Notes: generated by a model from the letters alone, not told the origin. A stretch of DNA of 64,000 nt from a virus (IMGVR_UViG_3300047557_002576); one strand, 5' to 3'. Shown: positions 46,726 to 55,906, counted from the first letter of the stretch. Program-made: numbers and translations.

Positions 46726-46963
46726 TTTCTTTCATCACAGGGTATTCAAACTCCACACCAATCTGTTCTAAAAGTGTGCGACAGATGAGGATTTCACCAT
46801 ATTCAGCACCAACTTCAAAGGCAACAGTACCATACCAAGTACAATCATTTGGACTGAAATCATCACCTTCAGTTTCATAGCAGTGTTTTGCCTCTGCGTA
46901 TAATTTGAGAACCTTGATAAGGTGTTCGTATTTTTCTTTGTGGTCAGACATCATCAATCCCAT
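46718..46963 (-). CDS. hypothetical protein
   Basis: 81 aa. Confidence 0.4.
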   Translation of the reverse strand: MGLMMSDHKEKYEHLIKVLKLYAEAKHCYETEGDDFSPNDCTWYGTVAFEVGAEYGEILICRTLLEQIGVEFEYPVMKEND

Positions 46964-47129
46964 CCAGAATGTTGGTTAGTTCGTCAATAATACTATCCAG
47001 TCGTCGTGCTCGTTGTGCAGAAGTATTACCATCATCCCATAAAATACAAGAAAGAGTATTGAGTTGTGGAATAATCCTTACTCGGATTAGTTGTTCTTGG
47101 TCTTCTTTAGTCATTTTCGTTCCTCCCAA
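46944..47129 (-). CDS. hypothetical protein
   Basis: 61 aa. Confidence 0.35.
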   Translation of the reverse strand: MGGTKMTKEDQEQLIRVRIIPQLNTLSCILWDDGNTSAQRARRLDSIIDELTNILDGIDDV

Positions 47130-47356
47130 TAATCACCATTTGGACCACATACCATACTATATTGAGTGTAACCACGATTTTGATAGCAGTACTTCAGTTC
47201 TTGTAATTTACCAGAAACTACATTGATTTCTTCACAACAAAACATACGAGGAGAAACCATGCATCTATCATAAAGATGTCCCTTTCCAAGTAGATGTGCA
47301 ATCCAATCTTTCTTATACCACTTACAATCCTTACAAAGTTTGATAGGTTCAGTCAT
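47111..47356 (-). CDS. Cys-rich small protein (family KLCKDCKWY)
   Basis: Paralogue of 46081..46311. Confidence 0.5.
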   Translation of the reverse strand: MTEPIKLCKDCKWYKKDWIAHLLGKGHLYDRCMVSPRMFCCEEINVVSGKLQELKYCYQNRGYTQYSMVCGPNGDYWEERK

Positions 47357-47565
47357 TTTAGTTGCTCCAGTTCATCAGCAATTTTATAAACAGAAGAGGC
47401 ATCAATCACTCTACAATCATTTCCTGGTAGAAAGATTGTATGAGAAAGTTCATCAGCAAGAACACGAAGGGCAGCAGCAAATCCATCACGAATTCTTCCT
47501 CCGTGAGAAAATACTTCATCGGCAGCATCTATAATTGCTTGTGCTTGTGGGGAAACGTCAGTCAT
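47353..47565 (-). CDS. small protein, family QAQAIIDAADEVFSHGG
   Basis: Paralogue of 43823..44068. Confidence 0.5.
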   Translation of the reverse strand: MTDVSPQAQAIIDAADEVFSHGGRIRDGFAAALRVLADELSHTIFLPGNDCRVIDASSVYKIADELEQLK

Positions 47566-47634
47566 CGGTTTGGTTGCTTATGAGGTTATTATACAACAAA
47601 AAGGTGCCTTGTAGGGAACCTATGTGACGGTTCT

Positions 47635-47844
47635 TCAAGTGTCCTCCCATCGGTCTTGGACCCAATCAGAACATACCCATAATAGTTTATCATCATAATA
47701 ACAATCTAAATCAGCAGGAACTTTTTTGTAAAGTTCAGGATTGTATTTGTAAAGTTCATTCATAAAAGATTGACCTACTCGCAGACCTTTATCATCTTCC
47801 CAATAAGAATTAACAAAGTTTTTGTAGAAAGTTTCGTAAGTCAT
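47635..47844 (-). CDS. hypothetical protein
   Basis: 69 aa. Confidence 0.4.
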   Translation of the reverse strand: MTYETFYKNFVNSYWEDDKGLRVGQSFMNELYKYNPELYKKVPADLDCYYDDKLLWVCSDWVQDRWEDT

Positions 47845-48110
47845 TTCTCCAGAATAAACAGAGAGTCGTCAATCATTTCTTTGGTGAGATAGATTTCACC
47901 TTTATCAGTCTGAAAGGAAAAGTATTTGAGGTCGCAAAGTTTCTCTAAAAACTTTCCAATCTCATAATATTTTTCTTCACTATATTCCTTTTCAACACCT
48001 TCAAAGACACCGTATTTTGTGTGTGCGATGATTTTCATTTCAGTTTTAGGTAATTGTCTAATTCGAATTGGTATCTTTGAAAAAACCCCATAGCATTTGA
48101 GAATAACCAA
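47841..48110 (-). CDS. hypothetical protein
   Basis: 89 aa. Confidence 0.4.
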   Translation of the reverse strand: MVILKCYGVFSKIPIRIRQLPKTEMKIIAHTKYGVFEGVEKEYSEEKYYEIGKFLEKLCDLKYFSFQTDKGEIYLTKEMIDDSLFILEK

Positions 48111-48223
48111 TTATCATAATCTTCTTGTGTTGGTTCTTCATCTTCTTCCCATTCGTCATAAAAATCATCAATTGGACATTCAATCTCAATATATGCGATT
48201 TTTGGAGTAATTGAGTTAGTCAT
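48035..48223 (-). CDS. small acidic protein, family MTNSITPK
   Basis: Track ORF runs to 48295 through the translated cassette; the true ATG is at 48221-48223. Confidence 0.45.
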   Translation of the reverse strand: MTNSITPKIAYIEIECPIDDFYDEWEEDEEPTQEDYDNWLFSNAMGFFQRYQFELDNYLKLK

Positions 48224-48230
48224 AAGTCCT

Positions 48231-48303
48231 TTGTGTATGAGAGTATTATAAGGCATTATAGTGACACTTGGAGCATCTCTGTGCCAGTTTATCAAGTGTC
48301 TTC
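48231..48303 (-). promoter_or_regulatory. PeSL-like cassette copy
   Basis: GAAGACACTTGATAAACTGGCACAG, hairpin, ATGCCTTATAATACTCTCATACACAAAGGA. Confidence 0.5.
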
Positions 48304-48690
48304 ACCATCAGGAAGAAACAACAGAGTGGGTTGCAAATCTTCTTCATATCTACTATAACCGATAAAATCACCAGGACATCCATCAATATGTGGCATAATC
48401 CATTCAAAGAATTTCTCAATCTCTCCACTATAGTTTTTGATGTCTCCCTTACCAAGAAGAGACCAACGATTGGTAATTTTATCAAATTGCAAAAACCTAC
48501 AACTAGTGCTTGGAGTATAATAACTCATATTTGAAAAAAGACATCGCCACCGTTGAGGGTAATCTACTAATACTTCATCGCATTCTTGGTCGGGCAACAT
48601 ACGACACATTGCTTTGAGAACCTGAATAACATCATCGGATGTTTCTTCTTTGAGGTCTACATTGATGTAGATTTCGGTGTACATTCCCAT
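48292..48690 (-). CDS. hypothetical protein
   Basis: 132 aa. Confidence 0.45.
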   Translation of the reverse strand: MGMYTEIYINVDLKEETSDDVIQVLKAMCRMLPDQECDEVLVDYPQRWRCLFSNMSYYTPSTSCRFLQFDKITNRWSLLGKGDIKNYSGEIEKFFEWIMPHIDGCPGDFIGYSRYEEDLQPTLLFLPDGEDT

Positions 48691-48957
48691 AGGAGTTTAT
48701 TATGAATATAAGAATATTATAGACCAAAAAGGACACCCGAAGGTGCCCTAGTGTGCCAGTTCTTCAAGTGTCCTCAGTCTTCTAATGGAAGAGAAAATAC
48801 TTCAACTTCATTAGGAAGTACAAGAATTTGGGTTTTTTTCACAGCACATTGAATTGAGTTTTCAATTTCTTTCTTTTGTTCCGAAGTATAAGTATCTGGA
48901 ACTTTTGCTACAATAATTGATTTGGTCATAATAGTTCATCAAGGTTTTTGGAAGAAG

Positions 48958-49347
48958 TCAATGATACACATCAACTTCAAAGGTATAAGATTTTCTAAAA
49001 TTCTCCATATTCACACTCATACCAATTACTCTTGCGTCACCTTTTTGAATTTTATTAGCAACTTCTAAAAAAGTATTTCCTCCACCAGAAGGATCATAAG
49101 AAGTGAGTGTCTTGAATGTGGGAGGAATATGATTTGATGATGTAATAGCACCTACAGAGTTTGGATTTGTAATCGTTTGAGTAGTTACAGAAGTTGTAGA
49201 ATAATTTTTAGGGTCTGTGAGATACTTACTCACAATATCAATTTGTTCTTGTGATAGTTTTGCAGTACCTTCAAATTCTACTTTCTTTGGTTTCTCCTTC
49301 TTCTCTGGATGAAGTTCGTAAAATTTATCAATCAGTGGATTACTCAT
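48958..49347 (-). CDS. hypothetical protein
   Basis: 129 aa. Confidence 0.45.
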   Translation of the reverse strand: MSNPLIDKFYELHPEKKEKPKKVEFEGTAKLSQEQIDIVSKYLTDPKNYSTTSVTTQTITNPNSVGAITSSNHIPPTFKTLTSYDPSGGGNTFLEVANKIQKGDARVIGMSVNMENFRKSYTFEVDVYH

Positions 49348-49565
49348 AGTCCCGTATCAGCATCAATAGTAAAGGATGGTTTTTCAGTAATAATTTCTAC
49401 ATTCATATCAGACATAATGTTTTCTAATTTTTCCATCACTTTTTGTCGTGCATCGCTGGTGATAGAACCCCCCCAGTTAGAAAAACACAAAGAATAATTT
49501 AGAGTATCTACACAGATATATAGGTCAATTGCTGATAGTTTATGATTAGTCATTACCAAGCACAC
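49344..49565 (-). CDS. hypothetical protein
   Basis: 73 aa. Confidence 0.4.
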   Translation of the reverse strand: MCLVMTNHKLSAIDLYICVDTLNYSLCFSNWGGSITSDARQKVMEKLENIMSDMNVEIITEKPSFTIDADTGL

Positions 49566-49843
49566 TCCACATTCACATAAAAACCAAGTTTATCTTTGAG
49601 ACATTCTATCATATACTTACGAAACTCATAAGCAGTTGGAGAACACTCTTCAATCAGAACATTGTACTCAATATCTCCATCCATATGGTAGGTTAGATAA
49701 ACATCAACAACACTCAAATTACATTCATTGACTCCATTAAACATTTTTTTGGAGAGACTTTTCTCCCGTAAAACTTCTTTTGCTGCTTCTTTGATTTTGA
49801 TGAAGTTATTATAAACATATTCATTATCAAATATCAAAGTCAT
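49553..49843 (-). CDS. hypothetical protein
   Basis: 96 aa. Confidence 0.4.
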   Translation of the reverse strand: MTLIFDNEYVYNNFIKIKEAAKEVLREKSLSKKMFNGVNECNLSVVDVYLTYHMDGDIEYNVLIEECSPTAYEFRKYMIECLKDKLGFYVNVECAW

Positions 49844-50070
49844 TTTGTATAATCCTCAAACTTTGGAATTTCTCCACAAACACTATCAATATAGCGAAGG
49901 TCTCTGCCTTCATAAGCAATCCGACACTCAATAGATTTTTGATATACTTGTTGGTACATCAAACGAATTTGATTATCATTCCAACAAAGAGAGGAAATCA
50001 ATAGAATAAAGAAAGTAAGAGTAAAAAGAATACCAATAGTAAAGATGGTGCCTTCTTCAGAAAGTCTCAT
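49840..50070 (-). CDS. small membrane protein
   Basis: TM helix ILFTLTFFILLISSLCW. Confidence 0.4.
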   Translation of the reverse strand: MRLSEEGTIFTIGILFTLTFFILLISSLCWNDNQIRLMYQQVYQKSIECRIAYEGRDLRYIDSVCGEIPKFEDYTK

Positions 50071-50291
50071 TTTGTATCCTCAATTTCAGGTCTTTTATAC
50101 TCAAAAAGTTTGATTCGTGCTTTGTTGTGGTCGTATTCTTCCTTACAGAGTTTTGGTTTCTCAATACAATACTCAACCACTTTAGGTCTCATCAGGTCTT
50201 CACCTTCTTTTATGCCGTAGTGGTTTCCCGCATTATATCCTATAAGAAATAGACCAGCAAGACCACCAAAGAATGCTACAACTAATCCCAT
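50067..50291 (-). CDS. small membrane protein
   Basis: TM helix VVAFFGGLAGLFLIGY. Confidence 0.4.
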   Translation of the reverse strand: MGLVVAFFGGLAGLFLIGYNAGNHYGIKEGEDLMRPKVVEYCIEKPKLCKEEYDHNKARIKLFEYKRPEIEDTK

Positions 50292-50491
50292 TTTGTGTTT
50301 CTAATAATCTTTTTGTAAGTTTCTTCGGTGATAATGTCTAAACTAAGTTCTCTGTCGGTAGCGTAGCACAAAAACAGGTTATAGTCATCTGTGGAAAGGT
50401 CTTCGGATGGAATGATTTGTTTGTAGGATGAAACCTTTTGGATTGCTTTGTTTGTGGGATTGATGAAATCCTCTGCAATATTAAACACCAT
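50282..50491 (-). CDS. hypothetical protein
   Basis: 69 aa. Confidence 0.4.
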   Translation of the reverse strand: MVFNIAEDFINPTNKAIQKVSSYKQIIPSEDLSTDDYNLFLCYATDRELSLDIITEETYKKIIRNTKWD

Positions 50492-50584
50492 CTGGTAGAT
50501 TTCCTGTTATAGCAAGAATAAGGGAAATAATCATAATAAGGACAAATCCTACTGGTAATGCCCAACTTGGTTCTTCTGGGTCAG

Positions 50585-50791
50585 TCACAGTTTCCTCCAA
50601 ATGAAATAAATGCTGAAAATTCCAAGAATCATAGAGACACCAGTGTAATCAGGATACTCTGGATTGTTGATGCGTCTGATTTTGAAATTGACTCGTTTTC
50701 CATCAAGTGTCCAATAGTCCCAGTCATCAGGAACTCTTACACCAAAATCAAAATGTGGAAGTTTTTGAAAATGTAGGATTTCTTGGGACAT
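50585..50791 (-). CDS. small membrane protein
   Basis: C-terminal TM. Confidence 0.4.
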   Translation of the reverse strand: MSQEILHFQKLPHFDFGVRVPDDWDYWTLDGKRVNFKIRRINNPEYPDYTGVSMILGIFSIYFIWRKL

Positions 50792-50911
50792 TATTTTACA
50801 AAGGATGATTGTGCTGGAATAAGGTCAATTGTTGCATCAAACTTTTGTCCTTGTAGTGCGTATCCTGCTAAAAGAGAAATGATGAGAATACCAAGAAAGG
50901 TTTTGATGAAG

Positions 50912-51097
50912 TCAAAGATTTTCAAGTTCTTCGCAGAGTTCAAGTAGGTCAGCACAGGAAATAATACCAGGACTTTGTTGAAGTTCGTTGATAAGCACTT
51001 TGAATGTATGAATAAGAATTTTTGGTTGAGACAAATCCTTTTCTACATCCATATAAGAATATAGAATTTCTAGTGCTTGTTCTTTTTTGTTAGTCAT
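50912..51097 (-). CDS. hypothetical protein
   Basis: 61 aa. Confidence 0.35.
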   Translation of the reverse strand: MTNKKEQALEILYSYMDVEKDLSQPKILIHTFKVLINELQQSPGIISCADLLELCEELENL

Positions 51098-51247
51098 AAT
51101 ACCTCAATAACAAAACCAATAATCACAATCTTTGTTGGGACATTTTACCCCACCACCAGAAGCATCTTCTAATTCAGTTCCACATTCAGGGCAAGGGTCT
51201 GAAAACTCTTCATCCTCACAAAGTTGTTCTGCAAGCATACCAACAAT

Positions 51248-51541
51248 TCAAGTGTCTGTAAGCATTTTACGAATTCTATCACCAATCAGTTCAAGAATAC
51301 TCTTTTGTCTGGGTGCCCAAGAACTATAACTCACACAAACATTTCCGTGAAGTGATGGAAACCTATGAACAAATTCACAGTATGTTCCAGCAGATTTCAT
51401 ACACTTATCAAACTCAGCACCAACATAACTGCGTTCGCAATGAATACAATTACGGCAGTTGATAGGAAGATTGGAAGAGGGGTCAATTTGATTATTGACC
51501 AGTCCTTCCAGTTGTGCCCGTTGTTGTTCAAGAGTGCTCAT
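51248..51541 (-). CDS. Cys-rich hypothetical protein
   Basis: Track ORF to 51577 includes the translated cassette; likely start MSTLEQQ at 51541. CRNCIHCE...C...C. Confidence 0.45.
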   Translation of the reverse strand: MSTLEQQRAQLEGLVNNQIDPSSNLPINCRNCIHCERSYVGAEFDKCMKSAGTYCEFVHRFPSLHGNVCVSYSSWAPRQKSILELIGDRIRKMLTDT

Positions 51542-51554
51542 AGTTTTGTTGTCT

Positions 51555-51622
51555 ATGAATGTATTATAAGGCATCACAGAAGAACTTGGAGTGCCCTTGT
51601 GTCGGTTTGTAAAGTGTCCTCA
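51555..51622 (-). promoter_or_regulatory. PeSL-like cassette copy
   Basis: GAGGACACTTTACAAACCGACACAAGGG, hairpin, ATGCCTTATAATACATTCATAGACAAC. Confidence 0.5.
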
Positions 51623-52384
51623 CATTATTCGTTCTCTTTTAGAAATGTCTATACCTCTGTGTTTTTGATATCTTGTTAGTGCTCCAGCATTAGTAATATG
51701 TCCTGTTTCTAAACACACCCATCTTTCAGAATGAAGTTTTTGTGCTGATTTTTTACCTGCTTCACTTTTTTCTTTAGTAGTGAGACCATATAAACCAACA
51801 CCTTGTTCTCTTCTTTTTACATCACCTTTTCTAGCATTTTCTTGTCTTTGTTCTAAAGTTAGTCCCCAAAAACCAATACCAAGTTTTTGTTGGGTTTTAT
51901 GTGCTTTTTTAGCACCCTTTCTTCCATTATTTGCTTTTTCTTTAGATGAGTGAGAATGAATACCCATTCTCCTTTCGTAACTTTTTTTACCTCCAACTTT
52001 CCCACCTTTTTTACCACCTATTTTTCCACCTTTTCTCCCACCTTCTTTCAAAATTTCAATTGGAACTTTACTGTAAAACTTTGTAGAGGTTTGATATGAC
52101 TTATTAGCAAAATGTGGATTTTCTACTACTTTATAATATTGCTGTAAAATAATCTCATCAGCATATGCTTCTTCTCTTGTAGCATAATCGTCTTTGAGTA
52201 TTATTTTTTGAGTTGGTTTGAATGTCTTATCATAAAATGAACCAAAATACTTTACATCTTCTTCTGGTAAGCATTTACATCCTCTGCTTCCAATATAACC
52301 TCTCCCCCATTCTTCATAAGAATAATAGGTATAGTAATACTCTTTTGGAGTTTCCATAGTTCTGCTTCTAAATTGTGTTCGCAA
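51620..52384 (-). CDS. Seg-like GIY-YIG homing endonuclease, paralogue 3 (254 aa)
   Basis: YYYTYYSYEEWGRGYIGSRG; Gly/Lys-rich repeats plus NUMOD3-like units. Confidence 0.65.
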   Translation of the reverse strand: MRTQFRSRTMETPKEYYYTYYSYEEWGRGYIGSRGCKCLPEEDVKYFGSFYDKTFKPTQKIILKDDYATREEAYADEIILQQYYKVVENPHFANKSYQTSTKFYSKVPIEILKEGGRKGGKIGGKKGGKVGGKKSYERRMGIHSHSSKEKANNGRKGAKKAHKTQQKLGIGFWGLTLEQRQENARKGDVKRREQGVGLYGLTTKEKSEAGKKSAQKLHSERWVCLETGHITNAGALTRYQKHRGIDISKRERIM

Positions 52385-52387
52385 TAG

Positions 52388-52424
52388 TATTTATACAAGA
52401 AAAGGTGCCTGCAGGCACCTTTTC
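52388..52424 (-). promoter_or_regulatory. hairpin (GGTGCCTGCAGGCACC) plus TTTT plus TATAAATA late promoter
   Basis: Read directly. Confidence 0.55.
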
Positions 52425-52461
52425 CACTCTTATGGATGCGAACACATTAGAGCACTATTAT

Positions 52462-52932
52462 TTAGTATAGTTTAGTGTATAGAAAATCTTGATTATTAGT
52501 GCTCCAATGAATTTCTTTAATTGTAGGACAGTTTGTTCTAATATAATAGTAACATATAGGACAACAAAAACTTTCACGAAGTTCTTTTCTTCCGTGTCCT
52601 CCTATCCTACAAATAATTAATTTATTTCCAGGTTTTCTTGCTTTCAACAAGCAATTAATTTCACAATGTAGATACAACTTCTTGCGAAGATTAGGATTTT
52701 TAAATTTTTTAGACGCCATTACCGCAGCATAAAACTGCTGTGGATGTGTAGTTTCATAAGAATTTACTCCCGTAGAAATTACACGATTTCTTTTATCCAA
52801 TAGAATTGCAGACATTTTCTTTGGAGCATTTGACGCCATTGCAACTGCGATTGCTTGTTGTTTGATTTCTTTCTTTAAAAGAGACGATTTTGCCGTTTCA
52901 ATCGCAAGTTCAAGAAAATTGTCACTAATCAT
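52462..52932 (-). CDS. cytidine/dCMP deaminase-like zinc enzyme
   Basis: LHCEINCL is the HxE motif; CCPIC about 33 residues downstream is the CxxC zinc ligands. Confidence 0.55.
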   Translation of the reverse strand: MISDNFLELAIETAKSSLLKKEIKQQAIAVAMASNAPKKMSAILLDKRNRVISTGVNSYETTHPQQFYAAVMASKKFKNPNLRKKLYLHCEINCLLKARKPGNKLIICRIGGHGRKELRESFCCPICYYYIRTNCPTIKEIHWSTNNQDFLYTKLY

Positions 52933-53255
52933 TCAAAATTACCAGCAGCAGGAGGAGCAGGGGGAGTGGGTGGGGCAGCAGGAGGAACAGGTGGTAGAGT
53001 TACGGGAGCAGGAGCAACCACTTTAACTTGAGGTTGTTGTGGAAGTGTTACAGGAGTGGGAGGATTCACATTTACAGACTGTTGTTTTAGGTCGGCAAGT
53101 TGTTGTTGAAGATTAGTAATTTGCTGTTCATATTTTGTTTGAATATTTTGTGAGTCTAAGTTTTGATTGTCTTGTGCAATTTTATATCCTGCTGCACCAA
53201 CACCAAAGATGCTAGCAAGGGCAGCACAAACTGAAACTGTTTTTGAAAAACTCAT
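52929..53255 (-). CDS. membrane-anchored coiled-coil, Pro-rich protein (spanin-like?)
   Basis: N-terminal TM, Q/L coiled coil, C-terminal PPVPPAAPPTPPAPP. Confidence 0.4.
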   Translation of the reverse strand: MSFSKTVSVCAALASIFGVGAAGYKIAQDNQNLDSQNIQTKYEQQITNLQQQLADLKQQSVNVNPPTPVTLPQQPQVKVVAPAPVTLPPVPPAAPPTPPAPPAAGNFE

Positions 53256-53326
53256 TCAGGTCTTTTGGACTACGGGTTTATTATAGGTTAAAAGAATGGA
53301 ATTGGTAAAGGTCTTGTGACAGTTTA

Positions 53327-53596
53327 TCAAGTGTCTGGTGGTAGGTCATAATATGTGGAGTCTCTCCAGTTGCGACCCAAAAAATCCATTGAAAAACCAA
53401 ATTTTGATGCTGTAAGAAGAACTGAAAATAACCTTCCCTGCCCCATAGTAATATTAAGATAAGGAAGTTCAGTCCACTTTGAATAGACCCCAATATCAAA
53501 CTCCGCTTGAAGGAGTGAGTATCTTTTTGTGGAAAATAGAAAGAGATAATACTCTTTTCCGTAATCGTCTCTAACACCAAATTTGATTAATTTCAT
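53327..53596 (-). CDS. hypothetical protein
   Basis: 89 aa; preferred over the overlapping 53281..53580 frame because of ATGA coupling. Confidence 0.4.
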   Translation of the reverse strand: MKLIKFGVRDDYGKEYYLFLFSTKRYSLLQAEFDIGVYSKWTELPYLNITMGQGRLFSVLLTASKFGFSMDFLGRNWRDSTYYDLPPDT

Positions 53597-54036
53597 TTGC
53601 TTCCGTAAGTCATTGCATTAATTTCTTCGTCAGTATATTGAGGTGCATCGGGATTTTCAAGACGCGATAGTTTTGCTTTCAGGTCTTTGATTTCTTTTTC
53701 TTGGGCATAAACTTTGTTTTCAAGTTTAATCACCTTTTGTCCGTGGTCTTCAGCAAGAATCAAATCGTACTCATCAGCAACTTTACGCATATCTTCATAT
53801 CTGCGACTTTCATTAAATGCCACAGAAGCACCGCCTTTCATTACACCAATTTCATTATGCCCAATCATGAGAAGAAACTTACTAAACGCATTGAACATTT
53901 GAGGAGAAGTTGCATCCTCTACTGGAAACTCATAAGTTACGTGTTCTTCTGGGAGAATATCTTCACCAAAAGAACTACCAACAGTATGAATCCATTCGGA
54001 GTGATAAGACAGAGTGACTTTCGCTTTATAAGTCAT
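53593..54036 (-). CDS. hypothetical protein with C-terminal coiled coil
   Basis: 147 aa. Confidence 0.45.
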   Translation of the reverse strand: MTYKAKVTLSYHSEWIHTVGSSFGEDILPEEHVTYEFPVEDATSPQMFNAFSKFLLMIGHNEIGVMKGGASVAFNESRRYEDMRKVADEYDLILAEDHGQKVIKLENKVYAQEKEIKDLKAKLSRLENPDAPQYTDEEINAMTYGSK

Positions 54037-54105
54037 GATTAAAACTGATTGACTTACATACTATAAGACCCCTGACTGCGAAAGTCAAGGGTCAATGGAC
54101 GGTTT

Positions 54106-54300
54106 TTAATCTGTCTTTTTTTCGTAATATTTGCACCAACCATCTGCTGCTATTTTACCACGAACTGCTGTACATCTAGCAGGTGGTCTCCACATAGTAC
54201 ATTTGTCGCAACGTTGCTGCCCCTTAGGACTGTCCTGGTAGTCGGCGGTTGGTTTTGCGACTTTTTCCTCTTCTGTAAGAAAATCCTTAAAAGATTTCAT
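54106..54300 (-). CDS. HiPIP-like iron-sulfur protein with capsid-targeting-like N-terminus MKSFKDFLTEEE
   Basis: C-x2-C-x8-C-x12-C with CTAVRGKIAADGWCKYY matches the HiPIP signature C-x(6,9)-[LIVM]-x3-G-[YW]-C-x2-[FYW]. Confidence 0.45.
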   Translation of the reverse strand: MKSFKDFLTEEEKVAKPTADYQDSPKGQQRCDKCTMWRPPARCTAVRGKIAADGWCKYYEKKTD

Positions 54301-54620
54301 TAGTCTCTAGTTCTCCAATCATCTTCCTCATCTCTGCGAAACCAATCCACAATATCATCAACACTATTAAAACCAGAAATTCCCTTTCCTTCGTGTCCGA
54401 TACCACCAATATCAAGTGCGTTTAGAAATCCATCTAAACTGTCTTCAACCATATCAGGATTTGCTGCTTTTCTACGTGCTTGACGAAGCATCGTTCCTGC
54501 TGTTCGATTTGCTTTTGCTAATTTTTCCGCCCAAATCATCTGATTTAATTCTACCGACTCGCCATTTACAATTTTCTTACAAATCTCTTCAAGTCTCATT
54601 CTGTAATTGTGACTTAACAT
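54300..54620 (-). CDS. hypothetical protein
   Basis: 106 aa. Confidence 0.45.
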   Translation of the reverse strand: MLSHNYRMRLEEICKKIVNGESVELNQMIWAEKLAKANRTAGTMLRQARRKAANPDMVEDSLDGFLNALDIGGIGHEGKGISGFNSVDDIVDWFRRDEEDDWRTRD

Positions 54621-54644
54621 TATTATTTCCCAATAATAGAATAT

Positions 54645-55429
54645 TTATTTTATGCGAATTCTATTTTTTGTGTCTATTCCTCTTGTATTTTGATATTTGG
54701 ATAATCCCGATGGATTGGAAATATAACCAGTTTCCATACATTTCCATTTTTGTGATAACATTTTTTTAGAATTTTCACTTCTTTGTTCTCTTGTTAATGA
54801 GAAAATTCCTAAATTATTTTCTCTATTTTTCTTACCACCTTTTTTACCACCTATACTTCCACCTTTTATGCTATTTTTTCTTTTTTCTTCTTTTGTTAAA
54901 CCAAATATCCCCAAATTATTTTCTCTCATTTTTTTAATACCTTTTTCGCTATTTTCTTTTAATTGTTCCGCAGTTAAAGAAAATATTCCAGTTTTATTTT
55001 CTTTTGCCTTTTGTCCGGATTTTTTACCAGTTTCACTTCTTTTTTCCTTAGTTAGTCCAAATATACCAATTTTAAGATTTTTACATTTTTCACTTCCTAT
55101 TTTTCCACCAATTTTACCAGCATCGCTTCTTTTCTTTAACTAAATTTTACCACCACAATTTTCATTAAGACACCATTTATCGGTATTAAAAATGGTTTGA
55201 TTAATCTCCTTTCAACTTCTTCTGCTTTTATCCAACCTTCATCTGTAAAGTCAAAAAGTTGAAGTATCTGTTTTTTTGGAGTATAAAAATCCCAAACCCA
55301 TTTATGAGTTACAGGGGAACCCATATAATACTCACCATATCTTCTTTCCTTATGAACCCCATAATAGTAATATGGAACTTCTTCAAATGTAATTTTATAC
55401 AAGTATATTCTTGGACTTTGTGAAGTCAT
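54645..55429 (-). pseudogene. decayed Seg-like homing endonuclease (paralogue 4)
   Basis: N-terminal 97 aa is intact and highly similar to paralogue 1, ending at RLIKPF where the frame shifts. The next segment NTDKWCLNENCGGKI hits an in-frame TAG. A C-terminal NUMOD3-rich ORF continues in that frame (54645..55138). Promoter module intact. Confidence 0.55.
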
Positions 55430-55454
55430 AGTTCTACTCTGTAAGTCGCAATAC

Positions 55455-55488
55455 TATTTATACAAGAAAAGGTGCCCGAAAGCACCTC
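55455..55488 (-). promoter_or_regulatory. hairpin plus TATAAATA late promoter module
   Basis: GGTGCTTTCGGGCACC, TTTTCTTGTATAAATA. Confidence 0.55.
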
Positions 55489-55518
55489 TTCTACCTATAA
55501 TGCGACTTACAGGTACTA

Positions 55519-55710
55519 TTATTTATTTCTACGAAAATACTCTTTGTAGTATTTCCTTTTCATCTCACAGATGATATTATAATCTTCATCTTCACCCAGA
55601 CAATCTAAGATGTACGTCGCACCTTCTAATTCACTCAGAAGTCTTGCTATTGTCGTTGCTGATTCGGGATTGACGTTCCATTTCGATTTCATTTTGCAGT
55701 TCCTTTGCAA
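55519..55710 (-). CDS. hypothetical protein
   Basis: 63 aa. Confidence 0.35.
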   Translation of the reverse strand: MQRNCKMKSKWNVNPESATTIARLLSELEGATYILDCLGEDEDYNIICEMKRKYYKEYFRRNK

Positions 55711-55906
55711 GTTTCCATGCCCTACGCCACATTAGATATTTTACAACAGGATTTTGTGGATTGTAAACTATCCACCATTTTATTTTTTCATATTCAACTT
55801 TTGCAAGACTTAAAATTAACAGAAAAAATCTAGCGACAGAAGCATCAGATACAATTAAATATCCGACAAGTGAAAATATAACAAACCAAATATAAAATGG
55901 GTTCAT
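55631..55906 (-). CDS. small membrane protein
   Basis: N-terminal TM. Confidence 0.4.
   Translation of the reverse strand: MNPFYIWFVIFSLVGYLIVSDASVARFFLLILSLAKVEYEKIKWWIVYNPQNPVVKYLMWRRAWKLAKELQNEIEMERQSRISNDNSKTSE

Noticed and set aside
53281-53580. 99-aa ORF overlapping 53327..53596 in another frame
   Set aside because: The 53327..53596 frame has ATGA coupling with the upstream gene. Only one of the two frames can be real.
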